This document shows positions 8,954 through 16,786 of a stretch of 64,000 bases of DNA, piece by piece. Below the pieces are notes generated by a model, which saw only the letters and a list, made by a program, of their open reading frames with translations, was not told the origin of the DNA and searched no databases. Position 1 is the first letter of the stretch, and each line of letters begins with the position of its first letter. Both the position numbers and the translations under genes were made by a program. The DNA is from a virus (taxonomy: Duplodnaviria; Caudoviricetes). The stretch is from IMG/VR virus record IMGVR_UViG_3300020050_005097, positions 1 to 64,000 of that record. The stretch is one strand, 5' to 3'.

Positions 8954-9232
8954 TCACCTCTTCAGTTTGTCGATCATCGCATCGAGACGTGCAAGTACTT
9001 CATCTTCGGCCTTCTTCATAGACGCTTCACTGGGCATGTTCCTACCCGTGTAATCAACACCAGCAGGAGCACGAAGATCTGTGTGAGGGCACCGAGCTCT
9101 TACATGAAACCACATCATGATAGACCCAGAGAATGTAACCTCCGCGTCACGACCCTTTGGCGTCTTCATCATACGCGTGTTTGACACATACCTGGTCTGC
9201 ATTTCAACTGGCAACTCGATTTGACCGGCCAT
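8954..9232 (-). CDS. Hypothetical protein
   Basis: AGGAG RBS. Confidence 0.6.
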   Translation of the reverse strand: MAGQIELPVEMQTRYVSNTRMMKTPKGRDAEVTFSGSIMMWFHVRARCPHTDLRAPAGVDYTGRNMPSEASMKKAEDEVLARLDAMIDKLKR

Positions 9233-9235
9233 TAA

Positions 9236-10285
9236 TTACTCCTTTGTATTATGAAGACTGGGCACATCATCCTTCTTCATCCAGTGGTTGTATTCCCAAA
9301 CGTTCTTACACAGATCACAAGGAATATAGTTTCTGATTTCAGCACCCTCCAACCAAGTCAAATCCTTTTTCGAACCACACTTCTCACAAGTGTAATGAAG
9401 AATCTTACGCTCAATCGGGGTCTTGATGACGTTTTCTTGTTTCTTAGACTCGAGCATATTAAACGAGTCTCCACCCCAAACAGCATCGTCGGGCTTGAAC
9501 ATAGTGCTTAACGCACAAACAGGACACCGAATACGTTCTGGGGTAACAGTGTTGTTAATAAGCGCCTTGGTCGAAGCACACAAGATACACTTGTAGAGAA
9601 CGGTCTCAAGCCCTTCCTGATACGGAACCATTTTCACGTCTTTGTAACGGATGACGTTGTTCCAAAGATCGTCCATTTTGGTGGGCTTCTCTTCAACGGT
9701 CTTGAACAAATCAGGACCACCCGCCTCGTTAAGAAGATCCATGATGTCATTGGAGCTAACAATCGGCTTGACCAGAACATTGTCCTCATAGTCCTCGTCG
9801 GCATACTTCTCAGGATCATCACCCTCCAGAATATCCAACGTCATACGCACGATGCTCTGGACCTCTTCGGTGTACTTCTCAAGAGATCCAGCCTCACCAG
9901 TGTCATACGCCCGACTCACGATGGATGCGTACTTGGTCTTCTCACTAACAATCCACTCCGCAATTGCTCGGTCAGTGGGGTGCGTTTCTGCCTTGAGCTT
10001 GACGCGCTGCACTGATGGAAGCACGCCCTTCTCAAATTCCTCCAGGACTCGAGCCGCTTTAGCATCCGCCGCGGCCTGAGTGTTCTGAATAATGTGCGGT
10101 TTAACCTCAGTAAACTCCAGAATACACGCCGAACTCGAATCCAATAGTTCGTTCGGAACACGCTTGACTAGGTATTCAACACCATTAGCCAAGTTATCGT
10201 TCAGCGTTTTATTATCGCTTCGGAAGTTTCCAATCCGCTCTAAAGCGAGACCAAGCGAATCATACACAAGGTAGTAAACAGTCAT
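9236..10285 (-). CDS. Hypothetical protein with two C-terminal zinc ribbons
   Basis: CILC/CPVC and CEKC/CDLC pairs; similar layout to the C-terminus of 6838..7761. Confidence 0.65.
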   Translation of the reverse strand: MTVYYLVYDSLGLALERIGNFRSDNKTLNDNLANGVEYLVKRVPNELLDSSSACILEFTEVKPHIIQNTQAAADAKAARVLEEFEKGVLPSVQRVKLKAETHPTDRAIAEWIVSEKTKYASIVSRAYDTGEAGSLEKYTEEVQSIVRMTLDILEGDDPEKYADEDYEDNVLVKPIVSSNDIMDLLNEAGGPDLFKTVEEKPTKMDDLWNNVIRYKDVKMVPYQEGLETVLYKCILCASTKALINNTVTPERIRCPVCALSTMFKPDDAVWGGDSFNMLESKKQENVIKTPIERKILHYTCEKCGSKKDLTWLEGAEIRNYIPCDLCKNVWEYNHWMKKDDVPSLHNTKE

Positions 10286-10761
10286 AGCTCTCCAATCGCT
10301 TGAATGATGTCGCGCTTAGCTTCAGCCAGGCACTCTTTGTAAATCTGATCGTATCGCTGCTTAGCGGCGTGCTTCAACTCAACAATCTCATGCCGAGCAA
10401 GATCCAACTCACGCTCGAGCTGTTCGACGGTCTTTGTCTTCTTGGCATAAGTGATCTGAATACCACGATCGTCTTCAGAAATGCTGGCGATTTGGTAGTC
10501 CGCGACAAGGTTCTTCGCCGAGATATCGACCGGAACCTTCTTAGGTGTTTCCTCGGCCGGGATTGGCGACAGCATAAATCGCTTAAGCTCTACTGGGTGT
10601 CCACGTCGATGCGATGCTCCATACATTGGGCAAAGTTCGTATTTAGCACCGGCTAGCAGCACATGGTTAAATTCATCATCAACCCGAATGGAACCGACGG
10701 TAAAACCGGGACCCACGGCATCATAAAGAATAACATCAACAATCTTTTCGTCATCCATCAC
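10282..10761 (-). CDS. Hypothetical protein
   Basis: ATGA-coupled in operon. Confidence 0.6.
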   Translation of the reverse strand: MMDDEKIVDVILYDAVGPGFTVGSIRVDDEFNHVLLAGAKYELCPMYGASHRRGHPVELKRFMLSPIPAEETPKKVPVDISAKNLVADYQIASISEDDRGIQITYAKKTKTVEQLERELDLARHEIVELKHAAKQRYDQIYKECLAEAKRDIIQAIGEL

Positions 10762-11171
10762 AAACTCTCCATAAACTCGATTAGTTCGGCCTTAGCCTTG
10801 GCACGTTCTTCTTCGCGGATCTTTCGTTCCCATGCTTCGCGGTCTTCTTGTCGTTCTTTACGCGCATGTTCGGCAGATAGACCTCCACACCAATGCCGCG
10901 CGAGTCTAAGTAGATCTCGCTCAAGCATCTCTTGATACTCAACCATCATCGTATCGAATGCTTCGCCACTCATACCTGACGAAACCTTCGCTGGCTTCAA
11001 CAACACGTGTTGCAGATGACCAGTATTAGTATTTATACTCGGAGCAAGCATATAGGGAACGCCGTTGGCGATCTGCTCCTCCATATACTGAGTCAGCTCA
11101 ATAAACCCCTGCTGATAGTCCGTCGTTCGGCCTTCGTTTTCAGTGGGCTTAACCAAATCAAACTTCTTCAT
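10758..11171 (-). CDS. Hypothetical protein
   Basis: AAGGAG RBS. Confidence 0.6.
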   Translation of the reverse strand: MKKFDLVKPTENEGRTTDYQQGFIELTQYMEEQIANGVPYMLAPSINTNTGHLQHVLLKPAKVSSGMSGEAFDTMMVEYQEMLERDLLRLARHWCGGLSAEHARKERQEDREAWERKIREEERAKAKAELIEFMESL

Positions 11172-11180
11172 TAAGACTCC

Positions 11181-11594
11181 TTAAAACGGGTAGATTATTT
11201 GGACGGGCTTCTTCATTTGCTGAGCATAGCGAACGGTAGCCCACGTACCAGATCGCAGCTCTTCTTCAGAACTCTTAGGACAAGCCAGCAACAGATCGCA
11301 ATCGTCGACGATCTTTTTATTCCGGGTCAAATATGGCTCCGGGGGATACGCCTCGTCATACAATCCATGAGCTCGCTTGGGTGTGTGGCCGTTATGATCA
11401 CTACCAGGCCGTACACGGACAATATAACCATGCTGTCCCGCAAGGCGTCCGAACTGAGCATCAGCTCCAATGCAATCACCATGCACGGCAAGCGCGAAGT
11501 TCTCACCAGCCAACGCATGCAGCTTGCTGTTCACTCGCTTGTACTGAAGGACGGTCATTCCCTCTTGTGTTCCTGTGAACCCTACTACAAACAT
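11181..11594 (-). CDS. SLOG (DprA/Smf/YpsA-like) nucleotide-binding protein
   Basis: VGFTGTQEGMT, HGDCIGADA, RNKKIVDDCDLLLA, SGTWATVRYA. Confidence 0.65.
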   Translation of the reverse strand: MFVVGFTGTQEGMTVLQYKRVNSKLHALAGENFALAVHGDCIGADAQFGRLAGQHGYIVRVRPGSDHNGHTPKRAHGLYDEAYPPEPYLTRNKKIVDDCDLLLACPKSSEEELRSGTWATVRYAQQMKKPVQIIYPF

Positions 11595-11602
11595 GGGGCT
11601 CC

Positions 11603-11884
11603 CTATTCGTTAGCGATCTTCAGCAACACATCACCATGACAAGGCAGGGGTGCGCACGAGCATAGAAGATCTTTGTCTTTGAGAATGGTCTTGATTTACT
11701 GCTTGAACGCCGGGTTATCCTTGACGAGCTCGGCAAAACGCTCAACAGCATCGCCACGAGTCTCAACATGCTCGGTTCCAGGAAGAGACAGGTGACTAAA
11801 CGGATTACCCCATGGAGTACCCCGTCCGATATATACCGCGTCTTTCGGAACGTTCTTGTGGTGTCGGTTGTAAACCTTTGGCAT
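11603..11884 (-). pseudogene. DUF4326-like gene interrupted by an in-frame TAA at 11696-11698
   Basis: VYIGRGTPWGNPF...PAFKQ*IKTILKDKDLLCSCAPLPCHGDVLLKIANE; the family-typical C-terminus continues in frame to TAG at 11603. Confidence 0.75.
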
Positions 11885-11891
11885 GAGACCC

Positions 11892-11984
11892 CTAACTCCA
11901 GTATGCGATGAAGATATACACCGCCGAAATCAGAATCAACCACAAGACAACTACGAAAATATAGGCCTTAGTATCTCTCTTCAT
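11892..11984 (-). CDS. Small membrane protein (30 aa)
   Basis: MKRDTKAYIFVVVLWLILISAVYIFIAYWS, hand-translated. Confidence 0.55.
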   Translation of the reverse strand: MKRDTKAYIFVVVLWLILISAVYIFIAYWS

Positions 11985-12352
11985 CGGCGCTCATCCGGCT
12001 CGACAAACCGCTCGAGAATGGAGTTCACAAACGGTGCCACAAGAGTAGCGTTCTCCGCCGTGCGACGACCACCAAGTAGCGTCAGGATCGTGTCGTGGCT
12101 ATCCGTGGTGGAGAACTTCCACCCAGAAATACTGATCAAGTCAATCAGAGACTCGAATTCGACAGCGTCCTTCTTGGCATCAGCAGCATACAGGTCTTCA
12201 GCAACCTTGAGCTTCTGCTGAGCCTCGAGCAGTTCCTTGCGTCGGGTAACCACCTTGTCATGCTTATGCATCATCTCAACGCGACGCTCAAGAATCGGAT
12301 TGACGTTTTCCTTGATCATTCCGCGGATCTTGTTGCGGGTTTCTTCATTCAT
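11981..12352 (-). CDS. Hypothetical coiled-coil protein
   Basis: CCTAGGAG RBS, C/G-ending codons. Confidence 0.65.
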   Translation of the reverse strand: MNEETRNKIRGMIKENVNPILERRVEMMHKHDKVVTRRKELLEAQQKLKVAEDLYAADAKKDAVEFESLIDLISISGWKFSTTDSHDTILTLLGGRRTAENATLVAPFVNSILERFVEPDERR

Positions 12353-12369
12353 TTGTGTCTCCTAGGTTG

Positions 12370-12408
12370 GAAAAAGAAGAGGAAATACCGTGTTACTTTG
12401 GTATCTCC
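12370..12408 (-). terminator. Intrinsic terminator (homologous to 47049-47083)
   Basis: Stem ATACC/GGTAT, loop gtgttacttt, followed by TCTTCTTTTT on minus strand. Confidence 0.7.
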
Positions 12409-12417
12409 CCCTGGAAT

Positions 12418-12630
12418 TTACTTCTTGGCGAGCGCGGATGTTACTGCTGGGTCGTTCATGCTGAACCGAAGTGTGGTGATGACAGCCGACACATTTCCCA
12501 GCGTGAGGTGCAACTCGTCCAAAACCTTCTCGGTGAGAGGGGTTTCGAATCGGTTCAGCAACAGCACGGCGAGATGGTCGATGTCTTCTTGCAGTTCGTT
12601 CAGCCGGTTGACGGCATAGTAAGGGTCCAT
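12418..12630 (-). CDS. Cassette gene, hypothetical 70 aa
   Basis: Between promoter copy 2 and terminator; AAGGAGG RBS. Confidence 0.75.
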   Translation of the reverse strand: MDPYYAVNRLNELQEDIDHLAVLLLNRFETPLTEKVLDELHLTLGNVSAVITTLRFSMNDPAVTSALAKK

Positions 12631-12650
12631 GGTGGGCCTCCTTGTTGTTC

Positions 12651-12675
12651 CATCTTAGCCCATGTAAAACCTGCG
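12651..12675 (-). promoter_or_regulatory. Promoter motif copy 2
   Basis: CGCA GGTTTT ACA TGGGC TAAGATG. Confidence 0.75.
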
Positions 12676-12714
12676 AGAAGAACATGACCCTTGTGTTACG
12701 GGTCAGAGGTTCTC
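12675..12714 (-). terminator. Intrinsic terminator, AGAAC...GTTCT family
   Basis: gagaagaac-atgaccc-loop-gggtca-gag-gttctc. Confidence 0.65.
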
Positions 12715-12727
12715 AGAACGTACTTCT

Positions 12728-12901
12728 CTACTTCTTGTCCATGAGCTTCACGAGCTCGGGGTTCTTCTTGATGGCCTCCACCATGGTGTGGTAGAACGAC
12801 TTGTCGATGGCGGTCAGCAGCATTCGCGCGAGCACGAAGCCGATGCCGAACTTGAAGCCGTTCTTGACGGTGAAGATGTTCTTCGAAGTGGTCTCGATCA
12901 T
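12728..12901 (-). CDS. Cassette gene, 57 aa, hydrophobic segment
   Basis: MIETTSKNIFTVKNGFKFGIGFVLARMLLTAIDKSFYHTMVEAIKKNPELVKLMDKK; below track cutoff. Confidence 0.75.
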   Translation of the reverse strand: MIETTSKNIFTVKNGFKFGIGFVLARMLLTAIDKSFYHTMVEAIKKNPELVKLMDKK

Positions 12902-12934
12902 GGGGACTCCTGGGAGTTAGATGGATGAGTGTTC

Positions 12935-12959
12935 CATCTTAGGGCTTGTTAATTGTGCG
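12935..12959 (-). promoter_or_regulatory. Promoter motif copy 3
   Basis: CGCA CAATTA ACA AGCCC TAAGATG. Confidence 0.75.
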
Positions 12960-13028
12960 AGAGAAATGTAATACCCGTTGGGTATTTTGATATTCGTTTG
13001 TGTAACAGGTATTACATCCAGGACGGCG

Positions 13029-13130
13029 TCAGTTGCGGTTTGACCAGTGGCGTTGTCGCCTTCGGGCATCGTACGCAGCTCCGCTGATAACTAGTGCGGG
13101 CGCGATGATCCAGAAGAGAACTTCGTTCAT
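13029..13130 (-). CDS. Cassette gene, 33-aa membrane peptide
   Basis: MNEVLFWIIAPALVISGAAYDARRRQRHWSNRN; GGAG RBS. Confidence 0.65.
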   Translation of the reverse strand: MNEVLFWIIAPALVISGAAYDARRRQRHWSNRN

Positions 13131-13156
13131 GGGTTTCTCCTCTCTGTGGTAGGTCC

Positions 13157-13181
13157 TATTACAGGCCATGTTATTACTGCG
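13157..13181 (-). promoter_or_regulatory. Promoter motif copy 4
   Basis: CGCA GTAATA ACA TGGCC TGTAATA. Confidence 0.75.
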
Positions 13182-13232
13182 AGAGGAAGAAAAGGGTATG
13201 ACCGGTTGGTCAGGGACCCCATTTCGGTGCTT

Positions 13233-13421
13233 CTACTTCTGGAGGGTGCTGAACCAGAACTTCACGTACTCGCGACGCTCTTCGCTGTTGCGGGGCAACG
13301 GGTGTCCGGGGTCCGCCTCTTCGATCTGACCGATGACGGTGATACCGAGGGTGAACATACCGTACACGACGGTTGCTCCAACAGCAGTTCCTGCGGCGAA
13401 AACGACGATGTTCTTGAACAT
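13233..13421 (-). CDS. Cassette gene, 62 aa, N-terminal TM helix
   Basis: MFKNIVVFAAGTAVGATVVYGMFTLG... Confidence 0.7.
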   Translation of the reverse strand: MFKNIVVFAAGTAVGATVVYGMFTLGITVIGQIEEADPGHPLPRNSEERREYVKFWFSTLQK

Positions 13422-13446
13422 GATGTACTCGTTTCTGTAGAGGTGC

Positions 13447-13471
13447 TATTATACCCCTTGTTATCCTTGCG
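13447..13471 (-). promoter_or_regulatory. Promoter motif copy 5
   Basis: CGCA AGGATA ACA AGGGG TATAATA. Confidence 0.75.
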
Positions 13472-13505
13472 AGAAGAAAAAAGGTAGCCGATGTTCTGGC
13501 TGCCT
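13472..13505 (-). terminator. Intrinsic terminator
   Basis: aggtagcc/ggctgcct stem (G-U on minus), then TTTTTTCTTCT. Confidence 0.7.
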
Positions 13506-13527
13506 CTATACATCTTTGCGTTGGTAA

Positions 13528-13653
13528 CTAGAGCCTTCTCTGATGATGCACCGTATAGACGATCCACCAGATCACCATGCTACCCAAGAGGGCGGCTGCG
13601 GTGATGTTCGGATGGGTGTCGATCATGTCGGCGACATACGTGAAGAGGTTCAT
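13528..13653 (-). CDS. Cassette gene, 41-aa membrane peptide
   Basis: MNLFTYVADMIDTHPNITAAALLGSMVIWWIVYTVHHQRRL. Confidence 0.65.
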   Translation of the reverse strand: MNLFTYVADMIDTHPNITAAALLGSMVIWWIVYTVHHQRRL

Positions 13654-13681
13654 TAGCTTACCTTTCGGCAGGCGGATGTGT

Positions 13682-13706
13682 CATTATACCCCATGTTAAA
13701 TATGCG
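13682..13706 (-). promoter_or_regulatory. Promoter motif copy 6
   Basis: CGCA TATTTA ACA TGGGG TATAATG. Confidence 0.75.
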
Positions 13707-13708
13707 TG

Positions 13709-13744
13709 AGAGAAGAACATAACCCGTGTGGGTCAGCGGTTCTC
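13709..13744 (-). terminator. Intrinsic terminator, AGAAC...GTTCT family
   Basis: agaagaacataacccgtgtgggtcagcggttctc, near-identical to 14369-14405. Confidence 0.7.
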
Positions 13745-13747
13745 AGA

Positions 13748-13963
13748 TCAGGGGTTGATTTCCCGTAGGTAGTCGTGGTCCGAGCACGATGCGTGCATGA
13801 GCATGAGCATCCGCATCTTGGCGAATTCCATGGGCGTCACGGTCCACTCACTCGTACTGGTTGGTCCAGTGATGGTGAGCTTCACGCTGTCGTCCAGGTC
13901 TTCGATCTTGATGTCGATGTCATTCCCAAGCTCGTTCACGAACTCGGTTTCGGCAGATGCCAT
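13748..13963 (-). CDS. Cassette gene, 71 aa
   Basis: Start moved to MASAETEF (AGAAAGAGG RBS). Confidence 0.7.
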   Translation of the reverse strand: MASAETEFVNELGNDIDIKIEDLDDSVKLTITGPTSTSEWTVTPMEFAKMRMLMLMHASCSDHDYLREINP

Positions 13964-13984
13964 TTGGGGCCTCTTTCTGTGGTC

Positions 13985-14009
13985 CATTATACCACATGTT
14001 AAATATGCG
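13985..14009 (-). promoter_or_regulatory. Promoter motif copy 7
   Basis: CGCA TATTTA ACA TGTGG TATAATG. Confidence 0.75.
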
Positions 14010-14022
14010 TGAAAGAAAACCC

Positions 14023-14304
14023 TCAGCCCCTGTTAAGGGACTGCGGGAGTTGACTGATCGAACGTTGGGCGATTTGCAGGTGCATATTGATTTCATACTG
14101 CTTGTGGTCGCGCTCCTGCTTCGCCTCATGTACCGCTACGAGTCCGGACCAACGGGCATCTTCAGCGTCCTGCTTAGCCGTTACATCGGAAACCAGGTGG
14201 TTCACGGTAACGACAACCGAGGAGGTTGAGGTGGTGTTGGGCGCAGACTGCAGAGCAATCAAGGCGAAGAAGAGTACGAACAAGTAGCGAAATGCTATTT
14301 TCAT
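14023..14304 (-). CDS. Cassette gene, 93 aa, signal peptide/TM
   Basis: MKIAFRYLFVLFFALIALQSA... Confidence 0.65.
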   Translation of the reverse strand: MKIAFRYLFVLFFALIALQSAPNTTSTSSVVVTVNHLVSDVTAKQDAEDARWSGLVAVHEAKQERDHKQYEINMHLQIAQRSISQLPQSLNRG

Positions 14305-14332
14305 TGCGTTTCTCCGATTGTTTGACGGTGTC

Positions 14333-14357
14333 TATTATATGCCTTGTGAATCGTGCG
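14333..14357 (-). promoter_or_regulatory. Promoter motif copy 8
   Basis: CGCA CGATTC ACA AGGCA TATAATA. Confidence 0.75.
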
Positions 14358-14368
14358 AGAAGATATGT

Positions 14369-14405
14369 AAAAAGAAGAACATAACCCGTGTGGGTCAGAG
14401 GTTCT
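14369..14405 (-). terminator. Intrinsic terminator, AGAAC...GTTCT family
   Basis: aaaaagaagaacataacccgtgtgggtcagaggttct. Confidence 0.7.
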
Positions 14406-14427
14406 GTAAATCTCTAGATGTAAGCGG

Positions 14428-14634
14428 TTACATGTTGCGAACAATTTCGTTCGTCGTGGCGGTCGCCAACAACGCCTCGCTCACGTCGATGATATCGAGC
14501 ATTGTGGCAATCTTCATGTCGTCCAGCTCCTCCTGTGTTTGGGGGATTTGGTCGACATCGATCGTGTTCAACAGCTCGAGCCAGTTGATGAGGTCGGAGT
14601 GGATGGTGATGGCGCGGGGGACGTCTTTGAGCAT
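14428..14634 (-). CDS. Cassette gene, 68 aa acidic
   Basis: GGAG RBS, strongly C/G-ending codons. Confidence 0.7.
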   Translation of the reverse strand: MLKDVPRAITIHSDLINWLELLNTIDVDQIPQTQEELDDMKIATMLDIIDVSEALLATATTNEIVRNM

Positions 14635-14666
14635 GATGTGCTCCGTTTCGGTCTAGGCGGATTTCC

Positions 14667-14691
14667 TATTATACACCATGTGAATCCTGCG
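14667..14691 (-). promoter_or_regulatory. Promoter motif copy 9
   Basis: CGCA GGATTC ACA TGGTG TATAATA. Confidence 0.75.
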
Positions 14692-14692
14692 T

Positions 14693-14742
14693 GAGAAAAG
14701 AAAAAGAGAGGCCATGTGCGGGGGTTGTGATGGCCCCTCTTT
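14693..14742 (-). terminator. Intrinsic terminator
   Basis: agaggccat...atggcccctct imperfect stem, followed by TCTTTTTCTTTTCT on minus strand. Confidence 0.6.
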
Positions 14743-14800
14743 CTGAAATCAGGCCATGATGCGTCTCCTTGATCTAGGTGGGCGAAGCATGGTGGGGTTT

Positions 14801-14825
14801 CATTACAGCCCTTGTGATTCCTGCG
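14801..14825 (-). promoter_or_regulatory. Promoter motif copy 10 (cassette holds only an ATG-GCC-TGA minigene)
   Basis: CGCA GGAATC ACA AGGGC TGTAATG. Confidence 0.75.
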
Positions 14826-14826
14826 T

Positions 14827-14862
14827 GAGAAAAGGAAATGTCGTGTTGCTTATGACATTTCC
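14827..14862 (-). terminator. Intrinsic terminator
   Basis: ggaaatgtc/gacatttcc 9-bp stem, then TTTTCTC. Confidence 0.7.
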
Positions 14863-14898
14863 AATGTACTCGTACTGCGGTTGGTTCTACTGCGGGGC

Positions 14899-15000
14899 TT
14901 ACTTGTTGCGGATGTATCGGATCGCCCATGCGATCGTCACGATGGGGATCATGGCGATCATGGTGATCATGAACATGGCTTCGAACAGGAAGTCGAGCAT
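14899..15000 (-). CDS. Cassette gene, 33-aa membrane peptide
   Basis: MLDFLFEAMFMITMIAMIPIVTIAWAIRYIRNK; GGAGG RBS. Confidence 0.7.
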   Translation of the reverse strand: MLDFLFEAMFMITMIAMIPIVTIAWAIRYIRNK

Positions 15001-15025
15001 GGTATTTCCTCCGGTGTGTGGGTAC

Positions 15026-15050
15026 TATTATACCCCTCGTTATTCCTGCG
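15026..15050 (-). promoter_or_regulatory. Promoter motif copy 11
   Basis: CGCA GGAATA ACG AGGGG TATAATA. Confidence 0.7.
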
Positions 15051-15090
15051 CCCCTATGATTAAGATTAGTGGAGGAGCGTCAGATATAAC

Positions 15091-16053
15091 TCACGAGTAC
15101 TTCAGCGGGAACACCGGAAGGTCCACAAGCGTTTCACCCTGGTTGCCACGGAAGTCGTAGCCCATACGGATCAGATCCTGAATGCGGTTGCTAGTCGCGT
15201 CATCGTCAACAGACCCATCGGGCTTGCGAACCGGCTCGACGTAGGTCTTCATACCGCTGAGAACAGTGTAAAGCTTTCCATCCAGTTCATTGACACCCAT
15301 CCACTTGTCGTCGTTGGCGGCGATGGTCTCCTGGAGAGCCTTCACAATCCGGTCGCCAAGGGCGTTGAACATTGGATTGGTAGCGGCAACATACTCTTCG
15401 GGGGTCATATCATCTTCTCCGTTTAGGGTGAGGTACTTAACAGTAATATCGTGGATGCGCTTTCCGTTCTTCTTACCAATATCCCAATGCGCGTTTTCAG
15501 GGGTATGGTTGTGATCTGTCCAGCCATCGTAGTCGATGAACTCCTGAGCGCCCATTCGCAGAGGAGAGTCGTACCGAGCCAGGATGATTCCTTCATTGGC
15601 ACCCCAGAAACGAGGGTACTTCTCAATGTCGAAGTCATGCCCAGCCTTCTTCGTGGCAGCCAGCATGTAACCGACGGCCTCATATGTACCGTCGTCCCAC
15701 TCTTCAGCGGCGAAGCCCATAACCTCAGCCTGGATATTGGGCCCAGACCGGTTGGTATCAGCTCCACCAGGAGCATTCTCCAGGGTATAACCACCGACGT
15801 TAAGGGGGAGTAACTGCCAGATGAGTTTGTTACCCACAAGGAAATGAGGGAGCCCACGACCGGGATCACGTGCCCATGAGGAAATGAGCATGTTAGCGAT
15901 TGCTAGAGTTGAGCCGGTCTCCGCGGTATGCAGAGTAAACTTAGGTCCTTCATTGGGGCGAATATCCAAGCCGGCATTGATCGGGTGGTAAATGACCTCA
16001 ATACCATGCGCTGCCGCAGGTGCTGGGTCGATCCATAGTGTATGTGCAGCCAT
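15091..16053 (-). CDS. Endolysin, N-acetylmuramoyl-L-alanine amidase (Amidase_2-like)
   Basis: FTLHTAE, PHFLV, NIQAEV, HNHTPENAHWDIG Zn-amidase motifs; GEDDMTPEE linker before C-terminal domain. Confidence 0.8.
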   Translation of the reverse strand: MAAHTLWIDPAPAAAHGIEVIYHPINAGLDIRPNEGPKFTLHTAETGSTLAIANMLISSWARDPGRGLPHFLVGNKLIWQLLPLNVGGYTLENAPGGADTNRSGPNIQAEVMGFAAEEWDDGTYEAVGYMLAATKKAGHDFDIEKYPRFWGANEGIILARYDSPLRMGAQEFIDYDGWTDHNHTPENAHWDIGKKNGKRIHDITVKYLTLNGEDDMTPEEYVAATNPMFNALGDRIVKALQETIAANDDKWMGVNELDGKLYTVLSGMKTYVEPVRKPDGSVDDDATSNRIQDLIRMGYDFRGNQGETLVDLPVFPLKYS

Positions 16054-16066
16054 GGAAACCTTTCTG

Positions 16067-16321
16067 TTAGTGTCTATTTACTAGACTCATTTGCTCGTGA
16101 TCGTGATCTACGTAATACAGCGTTTCGTAGCGATCATCGATTTCTACCGTCAGTTCAACGAGCCTTCCTCCTTCCAGAGGGTTTACCTCTCGGAGCATCC
16201 CAGACACAGGCGTGCCATCAGGGAGAGAAGTGTCAACGATATGGTCTAGCTGAAGCAGCAAAGACATGACGTTGTGGGTGGATCGAGGGTTTTCGATGTC
16301 GTACACCATGGTTACCAGCAT
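16067..16321 (-). CDS. Hypothetical protein
   Basis: GGAGG RBS. Confidence 0.55.
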   Translation of the reverse strand: MLVTMVYDIENPRSTHNVMSLLLQLDHIVDTSLPDGTPVSGMLREVNPLEGGRLVELTVEIDDRYETLYYVDHDHEQMSLVNRH

Positions 16322-16480
16322 TGGTTCCTCCTATAGAATTATGGGTCGAAAATGATTTCGGTTGGGTGCAACTCTACAGCACAAAACTCGCAAACAAGGA
16401 TTGGCGAACCCTCTGGGCAGTGTTTAAAACAACACTTCCGCCACATAGGACTCCACACCTCGGTTTTATAGATTCCACAC

Positions 16481-16786
16481 TTACTGCAAACTAGTTGGGG
16501 CTCCATCTTGCTCCTTAACGACGTGGTGGAATCCACCGGTGAAGTAACACATTGATGGAAGAGGTCCCTTCAATGCTCGACCACACACCATACATACCCT
16601 CCGCCGGAAATTTCTCCCGATGATTTCGTCGCCGTGAGTGCAGCGAATATGTTTGTGTTTACACACCCCTGGAATCCATCGCTGGAACCAGTTACCAGAC
16701 GCGCCACGTTTGTACGCTTTGTCCTGCTGATCAAGCATGTATTTCATGCGTTTTCGTTGCTCTTCATCGTTCATGGCATCTCCCAA
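16481..16786 (-). CDS. Hypothetical Cys/His-rich protein
   Basis: CKH...CTH...CMVC. Confidence 0.55.
   Translation of the reverse strand: MGDAMNDEEQRKRMKYMLDQQDKAYKRGASGNWFQRWIPGVCKHKHIRCTHGDEIIGRNFRRRVCMVCGRALKGPLPSMCYFTGGFHHVVKEQDGAPTSLQ

Noticed and set aside
11696-11698. Genome-wide stop-codon reassignment
   Set aside because: Only one interrupted gene was noticed, TAA, TAG and TGA all end genes normally elsewhere, and no suppressor tRNA is present
12370-15050. Regularly recurring motif as a CRISPR array
   Set aside because: Units are 130-370 bp and variable, repeats are degenerate promoter/terminator motifs, the intervening DNA is genes, and no cas operon is present (the Cas4-like ORF is a solo phage exonuclease)
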